Below, one piece after another: positions 1-8,067 of a DNA stretch of 38,221 bases. Origin of the DNA: Dehalococcoidia bacterium (GTDB taxonomy: Bacteria > Chloroflexota > Dehalococcoidia > Dehalococcoidales > BS750m-G39); assembly GCA_050124895.1 (NCBI GenBank), contig JASFEJ010000001.1, positions 1 through 38,221 of the forward strand, given 5' to 3'. Under the pieces are notes generated by a model that worked only from the letters and a program-made list of their open reading frames with translations, was not told where the DNA came from and did not search any database. Positions within the stretch are counted from its first letter, which is position 1. Each line of letters starts with the position of its first letter. The translations under genes were made by a program, and so were the position numbers.

Positions 1-11
1 CACCAGGTCAC

Positions 12-84
12 AGCCCGAGAGGGGAGTCGAACCCACTAACCTACCGATTACAAGTCGGTTGCGCTACCATTGCGCCACTCGGGC
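12..84 (-). tRNA. tRNA-Thr (anticodon UGU), CCA not encoded
   Basis: Reverse complement folds as a cloverleaf: acceptor GCCCGAG/CTCGGGC, D arm GCGC-AATGGTA-GCGC, anticodon arm ACCGA-CTTGTAA-TCGGT (UGU), variable AGGTT, T loop TTCGACT. The T stem AG(T)GGG/CCCCT closes only with one bulged base. Confidence 0.75.
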
Positions 85-109
85 ATCCCAGCTACAGGTT
101 AGCTGCAAC

Positions 110-138
110 ATTATAAAAATGCAAGGTTTAAAAGTCAA
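110..138 (-). promoter_or_regulatory. sigma70-type promoter for tRNA-Thr (TTGACT-17-TATAAT)
   Basis: On the minus strand, TTGACT (133-138), a 17-nt spacer, then TATAAT (110-115). This lies about 25 nt upstream of the tRNA 5' end at 84. Confidence 0.5.
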
Positions 139-141
139 GCT

Positions 142-217
142 TGGTAGCGCATACGGGATTCGAACCCGTGATCTCCGCCTTGAGAGGGCGGTGTCCTAAC
201 CGCTAGACGAATGCGCC
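142..217 (-). tRNA. tRNA-Glu (anticodon CUC), CCA encoded
   Basis: Reverse complement GGCGCATTCGTCTAGCGGTTAGGACACCGCCCTCTCAAGGCGGAGATCACGGGTTCGAATCCCGTATGCGCTACCA. Anticodon arm CCGCC-CTCTCAA-GGCGG, T arm ACGGG-TTCGAAT-CCCGT, 76 nt. Confidence 0.93.
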
Positions 218-281
218 ACCTAAAAAGGCTGGCTTTTAACCGAGGTATTACGCCTAACTGCCTCTAACGCCAGCCTAAGCT

Positions 282-310
282 ATTATAACAGCGCCAAGCT
301 AAAACGGCAA
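282..310 (-). promoter_or_regulatory. sigma70-type promoter for tRNA-Glu (TTGCCG-17-TATAAT)
   Basis: Minus strand: TTGCCG (305-310), 17-nt spacer, TATAAT (282-287). Confidence 0.45.
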
Positions 311-325
311 GAGATAGACGGGACT

Positions 326-1081
326 TCAAGGGCTTTGGTACATCTTGGCCAGCTCCTCCAGGTTGGCCTTCTCCCGTTCCAGGAACTTTTCCCGCCCCTC
401 GGTGTAGGAGGGCAAAACCCACTTAATCTCCTTGAGGCTCTGGGTTATCGTCGGCAGCCACTGATATGGTATCGAGATTAGTATCCACCCCTCCTCGAAG
501 ACCTCCTTAGACTTCATGCCGAAAGCCAGCCCGGTGGGCGTGTAGTTCACCTTGCCGCTGCGGAAGGGATAGACGTAGAGCCAGGCACAGCCCAGCACAC
601 CCGTCGACTTCGCCTCTCTTATCGCGCCGGTGGTATAGCACATCGCCCGGAGCACGATTTCCGCCTGGCTGGTGCTGGCGGTAAGAATGAGTAGGTCGGG
701 CTCGAAGGCGAGCTTGTCCAGCGTGGAGAAGGCGACGTAGTTACAGATGCCCCGGGGCAGCTTGGGCAGGTGCTGGTAGAGGTTACTGTTAGCCCGCGGT
801 TCCTGAAAGATTTCCAGTTTAATCCCTATCTGCCCGCCCTCGGCGAAAACGGGCAAATCCTCCATGCCCAGTACCGCCGACCCCAGGCAGCTTTCGTTAT
901 CCTTATCGAAATAGAAAGGAGTTCTCCTCTGCTGCGCTTCCTTGAGCATCTCGCAGAAGGAAAGCTGCTTGTCCAGGCGTGCCAAACCCTTGGGCTTGTG
1001 CTCCAGGAACTTGACGGCTACGGGCGGGTGCTTGAAATCGAACTTCTGGTAGATGGATAAATCGCTGTGGAGAGGTCTCAT
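326..1081 (-). CDS. DUF169 family protein (function unknown)
   Basis: 251-aa ORF. Overall pattern (FCEM..., conserved Cys/Gly blocks, LGCAW...) matches my memory of DUF169/COG2043 proteins. Clear paralog of the ORF at 21300..22103 (SFCEM / SFCQV blocks). Lies 21 nt downstream of tRNA-Gln. Confidence 0.8.
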   Translation of the reverse strand: MRPLHSDLSIYQKFDFKHPPVAVKFLEHKPKGLARLDKQLSFCEMLKEAQQRRTPFYFDKDNESCLGSAVLGMEDLPVFAEGGQIGIKLEIFQEPRANSNLYQHLPKLPRGICNYVAFSTLDKLAFEPDLLILTASTSQAEIVLRAMCYTTGAIREAKSTGVLGCAWLYVYPFRSGKVNYTPTGLAFGMKSKEVFEEGWILISIPYQWLPTITQSLKEIKWVLPSYTEGREKFLEREKANLEELAKMYQSP

Positions 1082-1102
1082 TTTTACCTCCCAAAAATAA
1101 AA

Positions 1103-1176
1103 TGGCTGGGGAAGAAGGATTCGAACCTTCCCTTACGGATCCAGAGTCCGCTGTCCTACCACTAGACGATTCCCCA
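1103..1176 (-). tRNA. tRNA-Gln (anticodon CUG), CCA encoded
   Basis: Reverse complement TGGGGAATCGTCTAGTGGTAGGACAGCGGACTCTGGATCCGTAAGGGAAGGTTCGAATCCTTCTTCCCCAGCCA. Anticodon loop CTCTGGA, T arm GAAGG-TTCGAAT-CCTTC. Confidence 0.93.
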
Positions 1177-1187
1177 GTTCAAAAAGG

Positions 1188-1216
1188 ATTATAACACGGA
1201 GATACAATCAGGGCAA
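1188..1216 (-). promoter_or_regulatory. sigma70-type promoter for tRNA-Gln (TTGCCC-17-TATAAT)
   Basis: Minus strand: TTGCCC (1211-1216), 17-nt spacer, TATAAT (1188-1193). About 12 nt upstream of the tRNA 5' end. Confidence 0.5.
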
Positions 1217-1226
1217 CGACCCCCAT

Positions 1227-1255
1227 TTGACAGTGCCCGCCTTAGTATTTATGCT
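1227..1255 (+). promoter_or_regulatory. sigma70-type promoter for rnc (TTGACA-17-TATGCT)
   Basis: TTGACA at 1227-1232, 17-nt spacer, TATGCT at 1250-1255. Divergent from the tRNA-Gln promoter. Confidence 0.45.
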
Positions 1256-1278
1256 TAAACCGTAAGAAAGGAAATAAC

Positions 1279-1962
1279 TTGGCTGATTTAAAGGCACTAC
1301 AGAAGAAACTGAGAATAAAGTTCAAAAACCAGGCCCTGCTGGAGCAGTCGCTGATCCATAGCTCCTACCTCAACGAAAACCCCGACATCGCCGAAGGCGA
1401 CAACGAAAGGCTCGAGTTCCTGGGCGACGCCGTGCTGGGCCTAATCATCGCCGAAGAACTATACCGGCGCTTCCCCCAGTTCAGCGAGGGCGAGATGACC
1501 CGAATGCGCTCATCGCTGGTGCGCCAGGACGCCCTCGCCCGCCTAGCTAAAGCCATCAAGCTGGGCGACCACCTCTACCTGGGCAAGGGGGAAGAGGGGG
1601 GCGGAGGGAGAGAAAAGCCGGCCAACCTTTCCGGAGCACTGGAGGCTTTAACCGCCGCCGTCTTCCTCGACCGGGGAATAGCGGTTACCCGCAAGTTCGT
1701 CCTCAGGCTGATGGCCAAAAAGATGGGCAAAACGCTCAAGCTTGGGGTAAAAGCCGACTACAAGACCAGACTACAGGAGACCATGCAGGCTAAGTGGCAG
1801 CTAAAGCCCAAATACCGGGTTATCGAAGCCGCGGGTCCCGCCCACGACCGCCGCTTCACCGTCGAGGTAATAGGCGGCGACAGCGTTATTGGGCGGGGTT
1901 CGGGCAAAAGCAAAAAGGCGGCCGAGGCGGAAGCCGCCCGCATGGCTCTGAATCAGCTCTAA
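1279..1962 (+). CDS. rnc: ribonuclease III
   Basis: 227 aa with a TTG start. RNase III signature NERLEFLGDAVLG and a C-terminal dsRBD (GSGKSKKAAEAEAARMAL). Confidence 0.95.
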   Translation: MADLKALQKKLRIKFKNQALLEQSLIHSSYLNENPDIAEGDNERLEFLGDAVLGLIIAEELYRRFPQFSEGEMTRMRSSLVRQDALARLAKAIKLGDHLYLGKGEEGGGGREKPANLSGALEALTAAVFLDRGIAVTRKFVLRLMAKKMGKTLKLGVKADYKTRLQETMQAKWQLKPKYRVIEAAGPAHDRRFTVEVIGGDSVIGRGSGKSKKAAEAEAARMALNQL

Positions 1963-2044
1963 AGACAGCTTTACACTACTGCTCCCCTTTGTTAAACTTT
2001 AACCAAAGAGGTCGACAGACCGTAACTAAGATAGAGGTGTGACT

Positions 2045-2191
2045 ATGGGACGTCGTGACTACCGACATCGAGAAACGAAGAAGCCGAAAAGGGACGATAA
2101 GAAAATAGCCCACCCCACTATCTTGACCCCACCGGTCACGGTGGAGGTGATTAAAAAGGGGAAGAAGGGCAAAGAGGAGGAAGAGAGATAG
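2045..2191 (+). CDS. hypothetical highly charged 48-aa protein
   Basis: Not in the ORF track because it is under 60 aa. ATG at 2045 is preceded by AGAGGTG at 5-nt spacing. Translation: MGRRDYRHRETKKPKRDDKKIAHPTILTPPVTVEVIKKGKKGKEEEER. Fills the rnc to radical-SAM gap. Confidence 0.35.
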   Translation: MGRRDYRHRETKKPKRDDKKIAHPTILTPPVTVEVIKKGKKGKEEEER

Positions 2192-2223
2192 CCGCCTATC
2201 ATGAGCTTCACCAGAGCGGGGAA

Positions 2224-3123
2224 TTGAAGGCCAGGGCGGAACGAGCCCGAGCCATCCTAGAGGAGTGTCAGCTCTGCCCCCGCGCCTGTGGGGTGAACCG
2301 ACTGGCTGGAGAGAGTGGCCAGTGCCGGGTCACCGACCAAGTCATCGTCTCCAGCTACGGCCCCCACCTTGGGGAAGAAGCGCCCCTGGTAGGGCGGAAC
2401 GGCTCGGGGACCATCTTCTTTAGTTATTGCAACCTGCACTGCGCCTTCTGCCAGAACTATATTATCAGCCAGCTCGGCGAGGGCAGTCCCACGACTAAAG
2501 AGACCCTGGCCGGCATGATGTTATCGCTACAGGCACAAGGCTGCCACAACATAAACCTGGTCAGCCCCAGCCACGTGGTGCCCTATATTCTGGAGGCACT
2601 GGATATAGCGGCGGCCAAGGGGCTGCGTTTGCCCCTGGTCTATAACACCGGCGGATATGATTCCCTGGCAACGCTGGAACTGCTGGACGGCATTATCGAT
2701 ATCTATATGCCCGATATGAAATACGCCGACGCCAAAACCGCCGAGCGTCTCTCGGACGTAAAGGACTACCCTCAAATCAACCGGGCGGCGGTCAAGGAGA
2801 TGCACCGTCAGGTGGGCGACCTTAAAATTGATGAAAAGGGCATAGCCCAACGCGGTTTACTGGTGCGCCACCTGGTGCTACCCGACGGGCTGGCGGGGAC
2901 GGAAGGAGTGGTAAAATTCCTGGCCAACGAGGTCTCGGCTAACACCTACCTTAATGTTATGTCACAGTACCGCCCCTGCTATAAGGCCTTTGACATCCCC
3001 GGCCTCGAACGCCCCCTCAAAGACCAGGAGTTCAACGAAGCTATCAACATGGCCCACCAGCAGGGCCTATATCGGCTGGACAAGGAGCAGTTCCCCCAAT
3101 CATTGAGGTTCGTACTGAGGTAA
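2224..3123 (+). CDS. radical SAM protein, PflX/COG1313-like (pyruvate formate-lyase activase-related)
   Basis: 299 aa. Radical SAM motif CNLHCAFCQNY. N-terminal extra Cys motif CQLCPRACGVNRLAGESGQC, typical of the PflX-like group. TTG start as given by the track; start uncertain. Confidence 0.85.
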   Translation: MKARAERARAILEECQLCPRACGVNRLAGESGQCRVTDQVIVSSYGPHLGEEAPLVGRNGSGTIFFSYCNLHCAFCQNYIISQLGEGSPTTKETLAGMMLSLQAQGCHNINLVSPSHVVPYILEALDIAAAKGLRLPLVYNTGGYDSLATLELLDGIIDIYMPDMKYADAKTAERLSDVKDYPQINRAAVKEMHRQVGDLKIDEKGIAQRGLLVRHLVLPDGLAGTEGVVKFLANEVSANTYLNVMSQYRPCYKAFDIPGLERPLKDQEFNEAINMAHQQGLYRLDKEQFPQSLRFVLR

Positions 3124-3127
3124 AAAG

Positions 3128-3418
3128 ATGGAAACGACTGATTTAGCTGCCGTCAGGGTCATGATATACGGCGACGTTCAGGGCGTCTACTTCCGCGCCT
3201 TCGCCGCCCAGAAGGCTAAGGGGCTGGGATTGAAGGGCTTCGTGCGCAATCTGCCCCGCCGTGACTCGCTGGAGGTCGTCGCCGAGGGCGAGAGAAAGCG
3301 GCTGGAAGAGCTGCTCACCTATCTTAACATGGGGCCGCCCGCGGCCAGGGTGGAAAGGCTGGTTACCAACTGGTCAGAACCCAGCGGGCGCTATACCGAC
3401 TTCAGCATAGAATACTAG
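3128..3418 (+). CDS. acyP: acylphosphatase
   Basis: 96 aa. VxGxVQGVxFR motif (IYGDVQGVYFRAF) and GFVRN motif. Starts 4 nt after the radical SAM stop. Confidence 0.9.
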   Translation: METTDLAAVRVMIYGDVQGVYFRAFAAQKAKGLGLKGFVRNLPRRDSLEVVAEGERKRLEELLTYLNMGPPAARVERLVTNWSEPSGRYTDFSIEY

Positions 3419-3639
3419 ACCGCCGCTTTAATCTGCTCAATAAGGGCGCGGCGTTTCGTCTCGTCGCCCTTTATATCCTGCTTGACCTTATTCCAGGTCG
3501 TGGGGCAGTCCTTGTAGGCTACGCCGACGGCCTTATGGACCGCCTGGTCGACCTGCTGGCGGTTGTCAGGAGTAACCACTATCCCCGCTTCGTCGAGGAC
3601 GTCTTTCATGTGCCTTAGGTAACAGGACACCGTCATCAC
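3415..3639 (-). CDS. hypothetical small protein (about 70 aa)
   Basis: 74-aa ORF directly downstream of the DUF362 gene (4-nt gap). GGGGG Shine-Dalgarno-like run at the junction. The exact start is ambiguous among GTG 3639, ATG 3636 and GTG 3630. No family recognised. Confidence 0.5.
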   Translation of the reverse strand: MMTVSCYLRHMKDVLDEAGIVVTPDNRQQVDQAVHKAVGVAYKDCPTTWNKVKQDIKGDETKRRALIEQIKAAV

Positions 3640-3643
3640 CCCC

Positions 3644-4375
3644 TTATTCTTCCAACCCCACCCGGGCTTCCTTAATCAAACCGAGGTAATCGGTATCAAG
3701 CCCCAATGCCTTCGTGGCCTCCACGTCTACTTCATAGGGCTCGCCGACGAAAATCCGGCCGCAAGGCTCAGCTACGCCCCGCGCCGGGTCTTCCTCAACG
3801 ATGAGCTTCTGACGGGCTTCGATAATCCCCAGGTCGAAGGGCAGGGTAAAATATAGGTCGGCGATTACCGGCTCTATGCCCAAATCGTATAAATCGTCCC
3901 ACCCCCAGGGCTTCCCGTTACCGTACTTGCTGCTGGGCAGCACTGAGAGCAGGTTGGCTATGCTTAAATAGCCCTGCCCCTGTATAACTTTAAGCGGCGT
4001 CACCGTTATCAGGTAGTCGCAGGAGAGGATGACGTTAGGCACCCAGAAGGTAGGCACGATGAGGGGCTTGGGCAGGGGGTTATCCACCTCAACCCAAGTG
4101 CAGTCCTTGACGTCCAGCGTCAGGACGCGGGGGAAATTATAGCCCAGCTTCTGGTAGATGGGATAGACGGGTGAACCGTCAGGCGTACCGGCCAGGATGA
4201 GTATATCGGCGTCACTGACCTGCCTGATACCCTCGATTAGCGCCGAGAGCATCTCCTGGCTGGTGCTCACCGGATAGGGCGTCGGGTAGGCGGCGTTGGG
4301 CGTAATCAAGACCCGCCGCGCCCGGGATATCACCGGCGGCGGTTCGAAGACGAACCCCTCAGCGTCGACTATCAA
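3644..4375 (-). CDS. DUF362 domain protein
   Basis: 243 aa. Pattern VLITPN ... CDYLITVTPLK ... IADLY ... GIIEA ... EVDVEATKALGLD resembles DUF362. ATGA overlap with the moeA stop. Confidence 0.65.
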   Translation of the reverse strand: MIVDAEGFVFEPPPVISRARRVLITPNAAYPTPYPVSTSQEMLSALIEGIRQVSDADILILAGTPDGSPVYPIYQKLGYNFPRVLTLDVKDCTWVEVDNPLPKPLIVPTFWVPNVILSCDYLITVTPLKVIQGQGYLSIANLLSVLPSSKYGNGKPWGWDDLYDLGIEPVIADLYFTLPFDLGIIEARQKLIVEEDPARGVAEPCGRIFVGEPYEVDVEATKALGLDTDYLGLIKEARVGLEE

Positions 4376-5637
4376 GGCGATACCTCCTCGCCCCAGTCCA
4401 GCATTATCACCGGCACCGAGTCCCCCTTCTTCACGCCGGGCCTATCCTCGGAGACAACCACCAGCCCGTTAGCCAGCGTCATCGAGGTCAGAATCCCCGA
4501 GCCCTGAGGCCCGGTAAGGCGGGCGAAGTAGTTACCGCCGCGCTTGCGCACCACGGCGCGGGCAAAGATACGCCGCCCGTCGGTGTTTTTAATCGGCTCC
4601 TCCATTATGGCCTCTATCACCGGCTTGTCTAAGTTTTTACGGCCCATCATCTTGAGCATGGCCGGGCGGGCAAAGAGCTCGAAGTTAAGCATGGCGCTGA
4701 CCGGGTTGCCCGCCAGCCCGAAGAGGGGTATCTTTCTGGCTCCACCACCCTCGGCCAGGGCATTAATCATGCCGAAGGCCAGGGGCTTGCCCGGTTTCTG
4801 CTTTACCCGCCAGAAGACGATTTCACCCTCCTTGGCCAGGACGTCGCGCACGATGTCGTAATCGCCCAGTGAGACGCCCCCCGAGGTCACCAGCATATCG
4901 GCCTCCAGCCCCAGGTGGAGCCGGTTCAGCAGCGAGTCCTCGACGTCGGCGGCAATGCCCAGTATATGAGGAATCCCTCCGTAGCGCGTAACCAGCGCCG
5001 CCAGACTGTAGCTGTTGCTGTTGTATATCTTGCCCTCGGGTAGCGATTGAGTTATGTCAACCACCTCGTCGCCGGTGGCCAGGATAGCCACTACGGGGCG
5101 GCGGAAGACCTTTAACGTGCCACGGCCCAGCGAGGCCAGAACGCCGACCTCGGCGGGCCTGATTAGCGTCCCCTCTTTAAGCACCAGCGAGCCCTTGGCA
5201 ACATCCTCGCCCGAGCGCCGTATATCCTGCCCGGGCGTTAGCTCGACCAGAATGCCTATCTCAGTCGAATCCTTCTCCCGCCCCGACCGGTCAGTATCCT
5301 CGAATTTGACGATGGCGTCGGCGCCGGCAGGTAGGGGCGCCCCGGTCATAATCTTAATTGCCGTTCCCGGCTCCACTTTAGTCTTCGAAATCGAGCCGGC
5401 AACCACGGTATCAATAACGCGCAGAAGGCGGGGCGATTTAGGACTGGCGCCCTTAGTATCGGCCGCCCGGACGGCGTAGCCGTCCATAGCCGAGTTGTCC
5501 AGCGGCGGGATGTTGATTTCGGAAACTACGTCCTCGGCCAGGACCTGCCCCAGGCAGCCCAAAATGGGGCTTTCTTCCGCGCCCAGGACTTCTATATGCT
5601 CCAGAACCTTATCCAGAGCCTGCTCAACGCTTATCAA
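4372..5637 (-). CDS. moeA: molybdopterin molybdenumtransferase MoeA
   Basis: 421 aa. N-terminal ISVEQAL...PPLDNSAMDGYAV, MoeA/gephyrin-E-like domains, TSGGVSLGDYD motif. Confidence 0.93.
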   Translation of the reverse strand: MISVEQALDKVLEHIEVLGAEESPILGCLGQVLAEDVVSEINIPPLDNSAMDGYAVRAADTKGASPKSPRLLRVIDTVVAGSISKTKVEPGTAIKIMTGAPLPAGADAIVKFEDTDRSGREKDSTEIGILVELTPGQDIRRSGEDVAKGSLVLKEGTLIRPAEVGVLASLGRGTLKVFRRPVVAILATGDEVVDITQSLPEGKIYNSNSYSLAALVTRYGGIPHILGIAADVEDSLLNRLHLGLEADMLVTSGGVSLGDYDIVRDVLAKEGEIVFWRVKQKPGKPLAFGMINALAEGGGARKIPLFGLAGNPVSAMLNFELFARPAMLKMMGRKNLDKPVIEAIMEEPIKNTDGRRIFARAVVRKRGGNYFARLTGPQGSGILTSMTLANGLVVVSEDRPGVKKGDSVPVIMLDWGEEVSP

Positions 5638-6278
5638 CAGTCTATCTCCTTAGTTAGTTGCTGCGCCCTCTCCAGGTCAGCGCCGGTATTAACGTTAAAA
5701 AAGCTCAAGCGCCGGGGGTCGAAGCGCTCCATCTCCCCGGCCTCCACATACCTGACCTTGACCAGCTCGAAGAGAGCGTTAATCTGCATCTTATCCTGCT
5801 CGAGCAGCCGCTCCATCGGAGCCAGACAGCTCCGGGCGTAAACGGCGTGGAGCGGCTCCACATACCCTCCGACACGGGGGACCACCAGGTCAAAGCCGTC
5901 TTTGAGCCCAAGCATATAACTGAGCAGGGTTTGATTGAGGAAAGGCATATCACAGGCGACAGCTAGATTATAACGCGCCTTTGATGCGGCCAGGCCGGTA
6001 GCCAGACCAACCAGAGCGCCTCGGCCCGGATAGGCGTCGGCGACTACTCTAAAGCTCGGGTTATGCGAAAACTGAGGAAAAGACTTGCCTTTAGCCGTAA
6101 CTATAATAATCTCGTTACTAAAGGAACCGAGCCGGGTTACCACCCGTTGGAGCAAACTCTGACCATCTACTGTCTCAAGTGCCTTATCTCTTCCCAAACG
6201 TAAACCCTTGCCCCCGGCAAGAACGATACATCCTATTTCCAAGATATGTTTCTCACTCCCCCCTAACCTCACCCCCAT
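5634..6278 (-). CDS. mobA: molybdenum cofactor guanylyltransferase MobA
   Basis: 214 aa. VLAGGKGLRLGRDKAL motif and CDMPF motif. ATGA overlap with the moeA start. Start is either ATG 6278 (TATAAT 5 nt upstream) or the internal TTG at 6242. Confidence 0.88.
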   Translation of the reverse strand: MGVRLGGSEKHILEIGCIVLAGGKGLRLGRDKALETVDGQSLLQRVVTRLGSFSNEIIIVTAKGKSFPQFSHNPSFRVVADAYPGRGALVGLATGLAASKARYNLAVACDMPFLNQTLLSYMLGLKDGFDLVVPRVGGYVEPLHAVYARSCLAPMERLLEQDKMQINALFELVKVRYVEAGEMERFDPRRLSFFNVNTGADLERAQQLTKEIDC

Positions 6279-6315
6279 ATTTAATTATACCACTACCGTC
6301 AACCTTAACAAGCTA

Positions 6316-6963
6316 TTATAAAGCCGGTTTAAGTACGATAATCTGGCCTTCGTCGGGCAGGTCACCGGCCTTAAATTCCACCTGGCTGGTGTCCAGCCAC
6401 TTCACCTTGGCCTTGCCGCGCAGGAACTCGCCCACACCGGCAATACTGGGCAGGCCCTTGTCCGTGCGGTAGTGCATGGGAATGATTACCCTGGGCTTCA
6501 GCTGGCCGCAGATCTCGGTGGCGGTCCTAGCGTCGATGGTATAGTAACCGCCCACGGGGATAAGCAGGACATCGACGCCGCCGATCGCCTTTAGCTGCTT
6601 ATTGTCGAGACGGTGGCCCAGGTCACCGAGGTGACAGATTCTAACCCTGTCCACCTCGAAGCAGAAGATGATATTGTTACCCCTCAACCTCCCCATCTCG
6701 TCATCGTGATAGCTGATAATGCCCTTGAATTTCAGGCCCTTGGCCGCAGCCACTTCCGCCCGTCTCAGCACCTGGGGGTTGCCGCTAACCGCGGCCACGT
6801 TACAGTGGTCAAAGTGTTCGTGGCTCACGGTAACGATATCAGCTGTTGTCCTTATCTCCCGGTAGGTCAGGTCGGGGCTGGTGCCGTAGGGGTCGGTGAC
6901 TATCTTCACCCCTCTGTCCGAGGCGATGATAAAAGCCGAATGACCCAGGTATTTAACCTTCAT
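6316..6963 (-). CDS. metal-dependent hydrolase, MBL fold (UPF0173-like)
   Basis: 215 aa. MKVKYLGHSAFII N-terminus and SHEHFDH metal-binding motif. Confidence 0.85.
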   Translation of the reverse strand: MKVKYLGHSAFIIASDRGVKIVTDPYGTSPDLTYREIRTTADIVTVSHEHFDHCNVAAVSGNPQVLRRAEVAAAKGLKFKGIISYHDDEMGRLRGNNIIFCFEVDRVRICHLGDLGHRLDNKQLKAIGGVDVLLIPVGGYYTIDARTATEICGQLKPRVIIPMHYRTDKGLPSIAGVGEFLRGKAKVKWLDTSQVEFKAGDLPDEGQIIVLKPAL

Positions 6964-6974
6964 GCTCGAACCCC

Positions 6975-8036
6975 CTAGAAATAACTGCCGACCGATTTTA
7001 TGGCCTCGACGACCAGCTCGGCAGTCTGGGCGAGGTCTTTCAGGCTCAAAACCTCAACCGGGGTGTGGATATAGCGGGTGGCGATGCTAATCACCCCCGA
7101 GGGAATGCCTTCCCGCGTCAGGCTGATGGCGGAGGCGTCGGTGGTGCCACTCTCGGTGACATCCATCTGGTAGGGGATGCCTTTGGCTTTGGCTGTTTGA
7201 CAAACCCACTCCAGCACCCTGGGGTGAGTAATCACCCCCCTCCCCCCAGCATCCATCACCGTAATCGAAGGCCCCTTACCGATTTCAATAGCGGAATCGG
7301 TCTTTTTGATGCCCGGGTGGTCACCGGGTATGCAGGTATCGAGGGCAATGCCGACATCGGGGTTCAAGCCAAAGGCCGATGTCCGGGCACCTTTGAGCCC
7401 GACCTCCTCCTGGACAGTAAAAACGCCGAATACCGAGGTCAGCTTCATGGCCGCGATTTCTTGCAGCACCGTAATCAGCACCGTCGCCCCGGCACGGTCA
7501 TCAAAGGCCTTGCCGGTTACCCTATCGCCCGCTAAGGACGCCAGCTTCTGGTCAAGTGAAGCCGTCACCCCGGGCTCGACGCCCATGGCGGTGGCTTCGT
7601 CACGCGACGCGGCGCCGACGTCGATGAACATATCTTTGGACTCAAGCGCCTTCTTTTTGTCCTCTGCCTTCATTACGTGCACCGGCTTGGAGCCGATGAC
7701 ACCGGTAATATTTCCCTTAGCGGTGTGCAGCACTACCCGCTGGTTGACCAGTGTCTGGTCGAACCAGCCCCCCACCTTGGCGAAGCGAATAAATCCCTCG
7801 TTGTCGATGTATTTCACCATCAGGCCTATCTCGTCCATGTGGGCGGCAATCATCACCGAGGGCGACTTCCCCTTCTTGACGGCGATGAGATTGCCGAAGT
7901 TATCGGTCCTAAGCTCGTCGACGCAAGCTTTAACCTCTTCCTCGATAACTCCTCTAACGCTGCCTTCGTAACCGGAAATACCGTGGGCGTTAGATAGCTT
8001 CTCCAGCAGGCTTTTCATTTTCTTGGTGTCCGTCAT
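6975..8036 (-). CDS. M42 family metallopeptidase (FrvX / glutamyl aminopeptidase-like)
   Basis: 353 aa. LLEKLSNAHGISGYE, AHMDEIG, FTVQEEVGLKGA, typical of the M42 family. Confidence 0.9.
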   Translation of the reverse strand: MTDTKKMKSLLEKLSNAHGISGYEGSVRGVIEEEVKACVDELRTDNFGNLIAVKKGKSPSVMIAAHMDEIGLMVKYIDNEGFIRFAKVGGWFDQTLVNQRVVLHTAKGNITGVIGSKPVHVMKAEDKKKALESKDMFIDVGAASRDEATAMGVEPGVTASLDQKLASLAGDRVTGKAFDDRAGATVLITVLQEIAAMKLTSVFGVFTVQEEVGLKGARTSAFGLNPDVGIALDTCIPGDHPGIKKTDSAIEIGKGPSITVMDAGGRGVITHPRVLEWVCQTAKAKGIPYQMDVTESGTTDASAISLTREGIPSGVISIATRYIHTPVEVLSLKDLAQTAELVVEAIKSVGSYF

Positions 8037-8067
8037 CTTCCAGATAACCCCCTGTCTTTAACGATTT

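Noticed and set aside
1794-2042. 82-aa plus-strand ORF overlapping the 3' end of rnc.
   Set aside because: It is an alternative frame of the RNase III dsRBD coding region with an Arg/Gly-rich translation. The adjacent SD-preceded mini-ORF at 2045 explains the spacer better.
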